A stretch of 64,000 nt of DNA from Andalucia godoyi And28 (taxonomy: Eukaryota > Protista > Jakobida): NCBI GenBank assembly GCA_009859145.1, contig VRVR01000002.1, positions 192,304-256,303 on the forward strand, read 5' to 3'. How positions within the stretch are numbered: the first letter of the stretch is position 1; each line of letters begins with the position of its first letter. The notes under the pieces were generated by a model that saw only the letters and a list, made by a program, of their open reading frames with translations, searched no databases and was not told the DNA's origin. Positions 24,869-34,596 of this stretch are shown piece by piece. The translations under genes were made by a program, and so were the position numbers.

Positions 24869-26401
24869 TTAATCATCCGCAGCGTCCTCGGCCTGCTGCT
24901 CCTCTGCGGCGGCTTCTGCAGCTTCTGCGGCGGCTTCTGCTTCCTGCGCGGCCCTCTCTTCCTCTTCGATCCTGCGTCGTTCTTCTTCCTGTTCTCGGAT
25001 CTTGCGCTGTCTGGCTTCTTCCGCCTCCTGCAATTTCCTGAGTCTGTCAATTTCAGCCTGTTCGATCCTGCGCCGCTCCTGCTCCTCCTCCTCAAGACGC
25101 TTATGTCGTTCTGCAATAACACCTTCTGTGCGCTGCAAGGCCCTGGAGATGGCTTTTGCAAGCAGCCTGTCCACAGTCGATCGTGCCTGGTTGTCGTTTT
25201 CCGCAACATGCTGCGAGACACGCTTTTGCAGCTCTGCAAGGTACGTTGTCTCGACATCCCGTTCAACGGTATCGTAAAAGAATCCGGCGTCCGAAAGCGC
25301 ATTCATGACCGATCCCTGCAAAGATCCCAGCAACGCTCGCGCAGCCTCCCGAGCCGCAAGCTTGTCCTTTGCTCTCTTTTCCGCTGCAAGTCTCGAGTGC
25401 TCCTGGTCTCTGCGACGCGCGATTTCCTCTTCTCTGCGCTTCTCTGCAGCCTCAAGCCGCTGCACCTCTGCAAGTTCTGCATTTCTACGAGATGTCATAT
25501 CCTGTCGGTGCGCACGGATTGCCGAGAACTCGTCTTCCTCGAGCACTTCCAGCAGCGATTGCTCCAGGGTCTTCCCAACCAGCACATCAAGAATAGGCTC
25601 CACCTCAAGATCAAAGTGGAATAAATCGCCCTCGTAAATCTGAGTCTCAGAATCAACACCGGATTTGCGCGGGACAAACAACGGCGAAGGAGGACGGTCC
25701 ATGAACGCATCAGTCTGCGTATCCACTTCCTTTTCAACAGGTCGGTCCGAAAGATCCTCGAGATACTCGTCAGTCTGCAACAAAAGATGCTGCCGACCCT
25801 CCACCGGTGGCGGGGTACGGGCACGCTGCGCTTCCATATCTTGCTGACGCTTTCGCTCCACACGAGCCTGACGCTGACGCTCCTGGCGTTCTCTTTCCTG
25901 AATCATTCTCTCGGCTTGGGCCTGCACACAACAAACAAACAAACAAAAGTCAAGTAAGCCAAACCGTTCATGCACATGGATCGACCAATTGTAATGAATC
26001 AGCCGACAAAAAAAACAAAAACAACAACAAGATCAAGATCAAGAAGAACATACTGCTGGAAGAACTTGGGCTGCATATGTCGAGCCACGTGCAACGCGAC
26101 GATCCCACATCACATTTGTAGCACTGTCAATTGAAGCATTTAGTAAAAACCAAACCCACAACGATGAAAACAACTCCCATGTAAGTCACTGGCATTTCCC
26201 CTCCAAAAACAAAAACGATTGGCAAAACAAACAAGAAAAAAAAACAGCAAAATGAGTGAAAGAAGAATCACGAAAAGCATACGTTCTGGAATTTGCGCTC
26301 TCAGACTCTGGATCACGATACTTCTTTCGAGCGCCAACAGTGCGCGGTGCAGACCCCAATTGATATGCACCCTGGTTCGGCACAAGTGGACCCGTATTCA
26401 T
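24869..26401 (-). CDS. RSPH3: Radial spoke protein 3; 3 exons: 26401-26283, 26123-26054, 25921-24869 (~413 aa)
   Basis: NVMWDRRVARGSTYA in exon 2; LLLQTDEYLEDL.DRP.E....TQTDAF.DRPPSPLFVP.KSGVD.ETQI..GDLF.FD.EVEPIL.VLVGKTLEQ in exon 3. GT-AG introns (phase 2, then 0) preserve the frame. Confidence 0.93.
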
Positions 26402-26923
26402 GGTGCAGTACTGTGTGTCGAAAAAGCACAAAGAGCTGTTTTAAAAAGGGGGGGGAGTGCGGAAAGAAGAAGTGGAAAAATAAAGTTAGATCGAAAAAGA
26501 GAACTCTTTGAAGAACAAGAAAGCGGCAGAAAACGTTTCACCCAGAAAGCTATAGATGATCAGATAAAGCAAACAGAAAATGATAAAATATGAAAAAAGC
26601 AAAATACAACGTCCATCCGAGCGGTTGTTTTGGGGTCTGCGGAAGCATCACGTGATGCAGTAAGTGCAGAGGATCCGGTTCCGCAATTGTCCGATCGAAC
26701 AATAATAATAAAAATCCAACCAAAAATCAGCGCGTTGCACATTGAAAGACTCCAACTCATTGGTTTCTTGTTGTTGGCTTTTTGAGCATTTATTCATCTG
26801 TTATTTATTTATACGAGAAGAGGAGATCAGCAAAAACAAAAAATAATAAAAAGAAGGAGGTGAGGTGAAGAAGAAAAAAAAAAAAAGAAAGAAAGAAAGA
26901 AAAAGAAAAAAAGAATTTAATCG

Positions 26924-28594
26924 ATGCTCAGTTCTCCAAGTTCGAGTCTGAGACTGCAGTTTGGAAATGCCATTACTGTCGTCACCCACATCAACTTGTT
27001 GCTGTATGGAGCTGCGTATTGGATGCATTTGACGCTGCTTCCATATCTTGCGTCTTCGATTGGTGGTTCCGTTTCGGATCTTCGAGTTCTCGGCACACTT
27101 CTTACGGTCTTTTCAGCGATCCAGATGATTGGATCGACTCTGTTCGGAAGATTCGCTGACGCGTTTGGCGGACGGACAGCCATGTTGCTTGCGTTTTCAT
27201 GTTCCATTCTCAACTACTCGTTGCTCTATTTTGCAGATTCGTCGTTCTTACTGTTTGTCTCTCGGATCCCAGCATTGGGCCAGCATGCTTTGCATGCCTC
27301 GCAAATCGTAATGTCGCTGCAGTCTTCAGAACATGCTCGTGCCGCAACTCTGGGTCGGCTGGGGGTTTCGTACGGCATCGGATTCGCTGTCGGTCCCCTG
27401 ATTGGAGGGTATCTTGCGACCACCCACTCGGTGAGATTGGCTGTTTTGCTCGCCGTCGTTGTCTCGGCTCTGTCTCTTTTCCTGACCTTCATGTTTGTCA
27501 CAGATACACCAGTTGCCGATGTGGTGCCAAAGTACATGCGACTGGACGGTTCGGAGCCGCCGTTGGTCTCCAGAGTCGACTCCGTTGGGTTTCGGACTTC
27601 AGGAGTAAAGATGAGGTCCCCTTCGACATCAAGAGTGGGTTCTCCAAAATTTCCGCTTTCGCCAAGCACCAGCAATGCAAATATTGACCTCGTTGAACAC
27701 GCACACAGTCATGGTCTGCAAAGTTCGCTAGCAGCCGGTTCCGGTGCGGCTCCTGTCTCTCTCACTGTGAAAGTTTCGATGGTTGTTACTCCCGAAACTG
27801 GTTTTCAGAACCAGGCTCAAAGCTGCGGTCAGCATTACGACGATCCAGAAAACTGTGCAGATGCAGAGGCGGGCTTTGCGCCTCGTTCCGCGCATTCCCT
27901 GTTTAAGCAATGGTACTCGTTCAAGGACCTATTTCGATATCCGCTGCTGAAGCCGCTTCTCACTGCCAAAGCGGCTGGAGGCCTGTCGTTTGCGCTGTTT
28001 CACTCATCATTCTCAATGCTTGCTGTGGATACCCTTCATTTTTCAGCTCAGGAGAGCGGATATGTGATTGCGTTTGTCGGCTTTGTAGCCATGATTGCCC
28101 AAGGGCTTTTGGTTGGAAGGCTCGGCATTCTATTCCAACACCGTGAATTGACACTCGTTCGTCACCTGTCCATTGGGCTGGTGCTGTCATTTTGCATGCT
28201 GTCGGTCATTGACAACTCTTTGATTTCTGTGTTCACCGTGTTGGTTCCTATTGTGATTTGCGGGACTGTTATCGCAACCACGGTGACTGCGCAGCTCACA
28301 AAGTGTGTTGAGGCAAAGGACGTGGGAACTGTGCTTGGATTGGACATGACGGTCGGGTCATCTGTGCGAGTGATTGCGCCTTCCATCGGGGGCATCCTCA
28401 TTTCCATCGCCCCTGAGTACGGTTTCGCACTCGTTGGTGGTGCAGCGGCATTGCTTTGCGCGTCATTATGGACGAGTTTTTGGTATTTTGAATGGGAACG
28501 GATGGATCACGATGCTGCGAAAGCCAGTGGATCCGTACCTGTCGCTCCGGGGGGCTTGGAAGGAAGCAATCATGGAGGCTTGTACAAGACGTAG
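26924..28594 (+). CDS. MFS transporter (DHA1/TetA, SLC22A18-like)
   Basis: Motif A GRFADAFGGR, motif-C-like GIGFAVGPLIGG, two TM bundles separated by a long cytoplasmic loop. Confidence 0.88.
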   Translation: MLSSPSSSLRLQFGNAITVVTHINLLLYGAAYWMHLTLLPYLASSIGGSVSDLRVLGTLLTVFSAIQMIGSTLFGRFADAFGGRTAMLLAFSCSILNYSLLYFADSSFLLFVSRIPALGQHALHASQIVMSLQSSEHARAATLGRLGVSYGIGFAVGPLIGGYLATTHSVRLAVLLAVVVSALSLFLTFMFVTDTPVADVVPKYMRLDGSEPPLVSRVDSVGFRTSGVKMRSPSTSRVGSPKFPLSPSTSNANIDLVEHAHSHGLQSSLAAGSGAAPVSLTVKVSMVVTPETGFQNQAQSCGQHYDDPENCADAEAGFAPRSAHSLFKQWYSFKDLFRYPLLKPLLTAKAAGGLSFALFHSSFSMLAVDTLHFSAQESGYVIAFVGFVAMIAQGLLVGRLGILFQHRELTLVRHLSIGLVLSFCMLSVIDNSLISVFTVLVPIVICGTVIATTVTAQLTKCVEAKDVGTVLGLDMTVGSSVRVIAPSIGGILISIAPEYGFALVGGAAALLCASLWTSFWYFEWERMDHDAAKASGSVPVAPGGLEGSNHGGLYKT

Positions 28595-28665
28595 TGGCGG
28601 TGCAACGCGTTGCATTTTCTCGGTCGAAGGAAGAAGCCGCAATCGCCATTTGGTGCTGATTCCGT

Positions 28666-30204
28666 TTATTTCCAGTAATCAACTATCGGTAGTCTAGAAA
28701 ATGGATCCAACTTCTGGTGCATCGCAGAGACTGACCGTTGTGCAACGCCAAGAGAACTCGAGACAGAGGTAGCGTTTGGTGCAGACAGCATCAGAAGGCG
28801 AAAAGCAATCAGCTTTGCTTGTTCCACGATGACCCTTCGATTCGCGAACTCCAACATGTCCGTGCCCAATGGTGACGGTGATGATCGTATTTCTCTCAAT
28901 GCGTCTTCTAGAGATAAGCCGAGCTTGTTATGCAGGCAGTGAACAAGAAAGTCTTCAAAACATGCGGAAAACCGATGGACCACTGAACTGAACTGAGAGC
29001 TGCCGAGGGCAACCATGCAGTATTTTTCCCACGTCCCGCCCCCGAGCGCAGGAAATCGCGACTTTCGAATGTAAAACTGCTTCCAGAACTGATGTTCCAA
29101 GACGGGAAAGCGGCAGCGAATCTTGTCGCACAGCAGCACAGTGACGTACGCGTCCTCAGCAACCGGGCTGTGTACATTGCGAGGAATCGCAGTCAACTGC
29201 AAGAACGACTGGTGTTCCTTGCCAAACCACGTACTGCGATCCTGGGGCAACTCAAATGTCTCCACATCGTCCAACGGAGCCCACCCTTCTTCGAAGATGT
29301 GAATACTTTCAACTCGCCCACTAAAATCGTGCTCATAATCGTCCAGGCTACCGACGGGAATGGAGCAGCACGCCCGACTGACCGCCACAAACTCCTCTGC
29401 AATCAAACTGGAAATCACAAGGCACGTTGATTCCTCCAACAGCAGCTGATGCACATGCGGTAGCACACTACTCTTGGTAAACAACACGCGAATCTGCATT
29501 TTCGTGACCCACAGAAGCAGGATTGTCAGATCCTCTGGAATCGATTCGACAGACGCACACAGCATTGTGGTGTTGGAGCCGTCTCCAACCGCCAGGCACT
29601 GCGATTTCCAGTCTCTGACCTTGCGCACGACCTGCCGAGGGATGGGAAGCAGGATTCCAGCAAAGACGCTTGAGCGATCGCGACCGGCACCCAGAAGCCG
29701 GCGTATTTTGATCTTTGATGCATCGTTCGGAAGCATCGGAAAAGAAATCTGGGACACAAGAAGAAGGTCTTCTCCCTCCCCAAGTTCATCATTGCCACTC
29801 AAACTGAAAGCATCCGGAATGAGATTCTCACGGTCAAGCAACAGCGAATCTGCAATCTGGGAGCATATCTGCACGACCTGCTGCAACGTAGACTGGCAAT
29901 CCGCCATTGTATATCCCTCTCTCGTCATTTGGATTGCTTCGACGGCAAATCGAAGACCAAGATACGCAGTCGAGGCGCATCCCAAGTACTGACATTTCCG
30001 AATTGCACGCAGAGAAGCAAGCAAGACGTGCACAACCGAACTCGTGTCCTCACCCAATTCCTCGAGAATCCGCACGATATCGCTGCTGGCTTCGTCACCA
30101 CAGAACACCAAGGACGTACTGCACAATCGCCGAGCTGCGAGTCCAAGAAGCCTCCGAAGCGTCAGTTCATGACCAACTCGACTCGCATCCACTGCATCTT
30201 GCAT
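28666..30204 (-). CDS. Divergent chaperonin-like Bardet-Biedl protein (BBS12-like)
   Basis: The N-terminus (ILEELGEDTSSVVHVL...GCASTAYL...AIQMTREGYTMAD) parallels the group II chaperonin/BBS12 equatorial domain. VTVLLC...LEHQFW and LGGGTWE..C resemble the BBS12 C-terminal region. Confidence 0.55.
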   Translation of the reverse strand: MQDAVDASRVGHELTLRRLLGLAARRLCSTSLVFCGDEASSDIVRILEELGEDTSSVVHVLLASLRAIRKCQYLGCASTAYLGLRFAVEAIQMTREGYTMADCQSTLQQVVQICSQIADSLLLDRENLIPDAFSLSGNDELGEGEDLLLVSQISFPMLPNDASKIKIRRLLGAGRDRSSVFAGILLPIPRQVVRKVRDWKSQCLAVGDGSNTTMLCASVESIPEDLTILLLWVTKMQIRVLFTKSSVLPHVHQLLLEESTCLVISSLIAEEFVAVSRACCSIPVGSLDDYEHDFSGRVESIHIFEEGWAPLDDVETFELPQDRSTWFGKEHQSFLQLTAIPRNVHSPVAEDAYVTVLLCDKIRCRFPVLEHQFWKQFYIRKSRFPALGGGTWEKYCMVALGSSQFSSVVHRFSACFEDFLVHCLHNKLGLSLEDALREIRSSPSPLGTDMLEFANRRVIVEQAKLIAFRLLMLSAPNATSVSSSLGVAQRSVSAMHQKLDPFSRLPIVDYWK

Positions 30205-30371
30205 CCAATCTCCACACCCACCAAGTCACAAAAGCCAATACACCACGATTCCACGGTGCATTGGATGCACTTCAGACGTTTGCATGCATCTATTGTCGTC
30301 TTTTCCTATCACCACAGCGCTCTCCCTTTGTTTTTTTTTAATGCAACCCGCTCTCCCACAGTAAGCATCAA

Positions 30372-30916
30372 GCTGTTGAATAATGACACGACATTATACA
30401 TACGGGAGGAAGTGTACATAAAACAGACGCGGTCAATACTGGCCGACACCAGCTCGTTTGTTTCACAGGGGAATTCGTGCTTACGCACGCTCGGCCAAAA
30501 TTCAGCCGGTGACACAGGCTCCGCATTTTCGACACTCTTTAACGCAGCATCCGTAGCCATCTATTCTATCATTCGTTGGTTTCACTTTTAAATTCAAATA
30601 TGGGCGTGAGTGCGCTGCGATGACGCATTCGCCTACGCCTGCGCCGCTCGATACAGGGCCTCCTAGGTCCCGCAGACCTCCTAAGAGATCACGTGTCACT
30701 GCGCCTGCTGCTAGGGCCGCCAGACTCAAAATGCACCCTTCTCAGGAACAACGTGTCACGCTGAGAAAGTGGCTCACCGATTGATCGAGATTGGGAACGG
30801 AGCGCGGAACATTTATCTGAAGAACGCCGTGAGGCGTGTTGGGGCCGATCGCCTTCCCGGCAACGGGATGCAAGACTGAATATGCATGTCTATTCGTTGA
30901 TATGCATGTTCAGTGG
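30372..30916 (+). mobile_element. Non-autonomous Fanzor2/IS607-TnpB-like mini-element, copy A
   Basis: Highly similar to copies at 37.9 and 57.3-57.8 kb. Encodes RLKMHPSQEQRVTLRKW (30722-30772) followed directly by IDRDW[+G]NGARNIYLKN (30780-30825), then hairpins at 30855-30913. Ends are approximate. Confidence 0.8.
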
Positions 30917-31327
30917 ATAATGTAGGCGCAGGCTTTCATACTGAATTCATCACAAATGTGAAATGATTCTTCGCAGACTGCAAAAGGAAGATTGAAGAAA
31001 TCCCCACGTGACCGAAGCGTTGCGCTGAACACTTGTCTTTTGTGTGCCGAACTGTGCACGACGGCAATGGCTGTGTCGGGAGGAGGATGCCTCTGATGAT
31101 GGTTATGATGAAGGTGGAGGTGCACGCAGTACAAACAACAGCGGAATGTCGACAGCGAGTGATATTGGCGGTTCGACGAATTTGCCTGGTTCTTCGGAAT
31201 CGGCAACTCGGGAAAAGCCATATTTTGTTTCCGGCTGCTGCTGCGGCGGCGTTTTGTTTGTCTGTTCGGCTTTGTGCTAGCGAGTGTGGCCGAACCCGAC
31301 CAGAATGGTTTACGATTAACAAAGGGA

Positions 31328-32650
31328 TTAGTGACCGGACCACTGGATGCTCTTAAGGTCGATCCCCTCCTGGACCATCTCCCACAACGGCGACATTTGG
31401 CGCAGTCGATCAACCTGCCCGGCACACAACGCAATCGCAAAGTCGACTTCACGTTCCGTAGTAAACCGACCGATTCCAAAGCGAATGGAAGTATGCGCAA
31501 GTTCTTCCTCAACTCCAAGTGCACGAAGGACGTACGAGGGCTCCAGCGACGCAGAGGTACATGCAGACCCCGAGGACACTGCAATCCCGCGCAACGCCAT
31601 CAACAAGCTTTCACCCTCGACAAACGAAAAAGAAAGGTTCACATTTCCGCAATACCGCATTGGATCACCCAAGGGAGGGCCGTTCAGTTGGACGTGCTGA
31701 ATTCTCTGTGTCATTCCATCGTACAACCTGCGTGCAAGTTTCGTGATGTGAGCAGAGTCTCGCGTCATTTCTTCCTTTGCAACCTTGCACGCTGTGCCAA
31801 ACCCGACAACAAGCGGGGCAGGAATTGTCCCGGACCGCAATCCGCGCTCCTGACCACCTCCGTGAATAATCGGCTCTAAGCGAACGCGGGGCTTCCTGCG
31901 GACATACAACGCACCGATTCCCTTCGGTCCGTAAACCTTGTGGCCTGAGATGGACATTAAGTCGCAGTTCCATTCATTGACATCCACCGGAATCTTCCCC
32001 ACGGCCTGTGCCGCATCGACGTGGAAGAAAACCTTGTTCTCTCGACACAGCTTGCCAATGGCGGGCATATCCTGAATCGCACCAATTTCGTTATTTACAG
32101 CCATGACCGACACCACAAGAGTGTCTGGCTGGATGGAGCGCTTGAGTAAGTCCAAGTCGACAATTCCCGAAGCTGAGACAGGAAGATACGTCACCTTGAA
32201 CCCTTGTTGCTCAAGATGGCGGCACGAGTCCAAAACGCACTTGTGCTCAATCTGCGTCGTAATGATGTGTCGCTTTTTCTGCCCATAAAACCCAGCAAGT
32301 CCTTTGATTGACGCATTGTTCGATTCTGTTGCACCAGACGTAAAGACGACGTCGGTGGGCGACGCACCAATAAGCGTGGCTACCTGTTCTCGAGACTGTT
32401 CGACCAGATCCTGTGTTTCCCATCCATACATGTGGGTTCTGGAATGTGGATTTCCATATTGGAACGTGTACAGCGGAATCATCGCATCGAGCACTCGAGG
32501 ATCAACAGGCGTTGTCGCCTGCAAGTCAAGATAAATCGAGCGGCCCTCATCCGTCGTCACAGAAACAGATGAAGACAAGGAAGTCGAAAGAAGCCGCTTC
32601 GAAAGCAAGCTGCTGCTTGATCGAATCACCGATGGAAACAACCGAGTCAT
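31328..32650 (-). CDS. NFS1: Mitochondrial cysteine desulfurase NFS1/IscS
   Basis: [20 protein letters not shown] (PLP lysine), SSGSACTS (catalytic Cys), IQWSGH end; Ser/Arg-rich presequence. Confidence 0.97.
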   Translation of the reverse strand: MTRLFPSVIRSSSSLLSKRLLSTSLSSSVSVTTDEGRSIYLDLQATTPVDPRVLDAMIPLYTFQYGNPHSRTHMYGWETQDLVEQSREQVATLIGASPTDVVFTSGATESNNASIKGLAGFYGQKKRHIITTQIEHKCVLDSCRHLEQQGFKVTYLPVSASGIVDLDLLKRSIQPDTLVVSVMAVNNEIGAIQDMPAIGKLCRENKVFFHVDAAQAVGKIPVDVNEWNCDLMSISGHKVYGPKGIGALYVRRKPRVRLEPIIHGGGQERGLRSGTIPAPLVVGFGTACKVAKEEMTRDSAHITKLARRLYDGMTQRIQHVQLNGPPLGDPMRYCGNVNLSFSFVEGESLLMALRGIAVSSGSACTSASLEPSYVLRALGVEEELAHTSIRFGIGRFTTEREVDFAIALCAGQVDRLRQMSPLWEMVQEGIDLKSIQWSGH

Positions 32651-33065
32651 GATTTACCTAAAAAGAAAGAAAGAATAAAATCACTCTGAGATTCAAATAA
32701 AGGAAACAAAATGACAATGCAAAGGAAAATGACAATGCAAAGGAAAATGAGGCCTCTTTAAAGCTTGCGGATTGCTTGCGAAATTGCGAAATTGCGAAAG
32801 AAGTTTTAAAGCCCGACTCTGGAAGTCCGGAGGTTCGAACTACAGTATTTCCCTCCTCCCCGTTCTGCCTCGTTGCTAAGAGGCGGGAAAGCAGTCTCTC
32901 TCTCTCTCTCTCTCTCTCTCTATTTTTTTTTTTGTTTTGTTGTTGTTGTTGGTATTCTTGAATTTTTTGGCTTATTTTTTAATTACGGTATTGTTCTTTA
33001 TTTGACTGTTTGTGTGTGCTTTGTGTTATGTGGATTGCGCCTTGAGCAGCCCGAGTTGGAAAGGG

Positions 33066-34253
33066 ATGATGCTTGCTGAGAAGGTCGAATCGGGTAGAAA
33101 AAATGTAAGAAAAAGAGTTCGAAGGGTGTCCGATTATTGGCAGCGAGTAGACGCCTTGTTTCCGGTGCATGTCCACTGCAGTTCATTTTCAAGTCGACGG
33201 TTTTTGGAAGAATCGGCGTCTCCAACAAAGAGATTGTTATTTCCTCATGGTTTCGATGGTTTCCAGAACCCTACGTTTGCAGAGGTTGCAAACTTTATGA
33301 TGGATCATCCAGCTTCGTTCCGCACGGCTTCGTTTATGCTTCCTTCGCAACAACAGGATCCACAGCACCCTGGTTTATGTTCCATCACGGGCTCACAGAA
33401 TCATAGCTTTGGTATGCTTGCAAATTCAGAGGTTGTTGCGAAGGAATCTTTGCTGAGGAGAGAAATCGACGACCTGGAGAACTTCATTCTTTCATTTTCA
33501 TCTGCAGAAGGGCCTTCGCAACTCGTGAATCATGCTGATCGAGCATCGCGGCCGCTTGCAAAAGAATGCATGCAAAGGATCGTGAGCGAGACGCAGAAAG
33601 CCCGCATTCTCGATGCTCAACAATCGAATGCACCGAGTGCCTTTGATGAGTGTGCGGAGTTCAAAGAGTTTGCGACGAGCCTTTCAGACGGTCTTCGTTT
33701 TCAAAGAACTTGGTCCTTGTCCAGACACCCCAAGAGCGCGTCCTTGGCAGCACAAGCGCACGAAGTGGAGGTGCAAGCTGTGATTAGTGAGTCGGACGAA
33801 AAGTGTGTTTCGAGGATGCTTGCAGTGGGCAACAAGCCGCTCGTTTTCCTGATTGTTCTCATCGATGCTCTTCATGACCACTCCGCATTCGCGAACCTTA
33901 GTACCAAACCAGATGCTTTGCGAGCCGCTCGACGCACGGTCCTCTCGAATTTCTACCAAGGTGGACCGAATCTGCTGTCTACGTTTTCAGCGCTAAATGC
34001 GGATTGTAAAAAGCGGATTCGACAAGCAGGCGACACGGCGGAGGAGTCTGCTGGATGTGCTGCATCCGCCGTCGTGGACGCTCGCTTTGATCGGCGGGCG
34101 AGTGGAAAGCCACCACCGTCATCGATCAATGATGCTGGACCTGTGCTGTTTCGAAATGTTGACTTCGCGGTGACAAAGCTTGTTATGGATGCCTGGACGC
34201 ACCCGACAACGGTGTTTCATGAGCATTTCATATCATGTCGCCTACTGGACTAA
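33066..34253 (+). CDS. Hypothetical protein (~395 aa)
   Basis: Long ORF between AT-rich spacers, first ATG at 33066; no family recognised. Confidence 0.6.
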   Translation: MMLAEKVESGRKNVRKRVRRVSDYWQRVDALFPVHVHCSSFSSRRFLEESASPTKRLLFPHGFDGFQNPTFAEVANFMMDHPASFRTASFMLPSQQQDPQHPGLCSITGSQNHSFGMLANSEVVAKESLLRREIDDLENFILSFSSAEGPSQLVNHADRASRPLAKECMQRIVSETQKARILDAQQSNAPSAFDECAEFKEFATSLSDGLRFQRTWSLSRHPKSASLAAQAHEVEVQAVISESDEKCVSRMLAVGNKPLVFLIVLIDALHDHSAFANLSTKPDALRAARRTVLSNFYQGGPNLLSTFSALNADCKKRIRQAGDTAEESAGCAASAVVDARFDRRASGKPPPSSINDAGPVLFRNVDFAVTKLVMDAWTHPTTVFHEHFISCRLLD

Positions 34254-34493
34254 GATTTCCGTGCTCTGCATGCCACGCTACTTTTTTGTTCCGTTTCCCT
34301 TTCCGGTCGTACGACCCTGTTACCCTATTATTGGGTCTAACTTCCCTTTTTGGGTAAAACCGGCAATTCTTTCCTCCAATTCGTCCGGCAATATTTGGAG
34401 GGTTTTTGGTTTTGGTTTTGGTTTTGGGCGCTTTTTCAACGTTCTTGTAAAAACAACGACCTTTCCAAACGAGACAAACGTTTGTATGCATTG

Positions 34494-34496
<3 letters not shown>

Positions 34497-34526
<30 letters not shown>
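34497..34526. repeat. (GT)n microsatellite
   Basis: About 15 GT units in an intergenic region. Confidence 0.9.
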
Positions 34527-34528
<2 letters not shown>

Positions 34529-34596
34529 CCTCTCCCCGACTGGATTTGCTTCTTCTTTTTCTTTTTGGCTTCTCTCCCATTGAAGGATTCTTGTGA

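Noticed and set aside
26645-26658. 14-bp palindrome GCATCACGTGATGC (E-box core) between divergent RSP3 and MFS genes
   Set aside because: Single occurrence with no independent support for function.
29929-30729. ORFs 29929-30591, 30309-30560, 30502-30729 and the similar 57493-57687 as host genes
   Set aside because: They overlap the BBS12-like antisense strand or the repeated mini-element; their similarity to each other reflects the DNA repeat.
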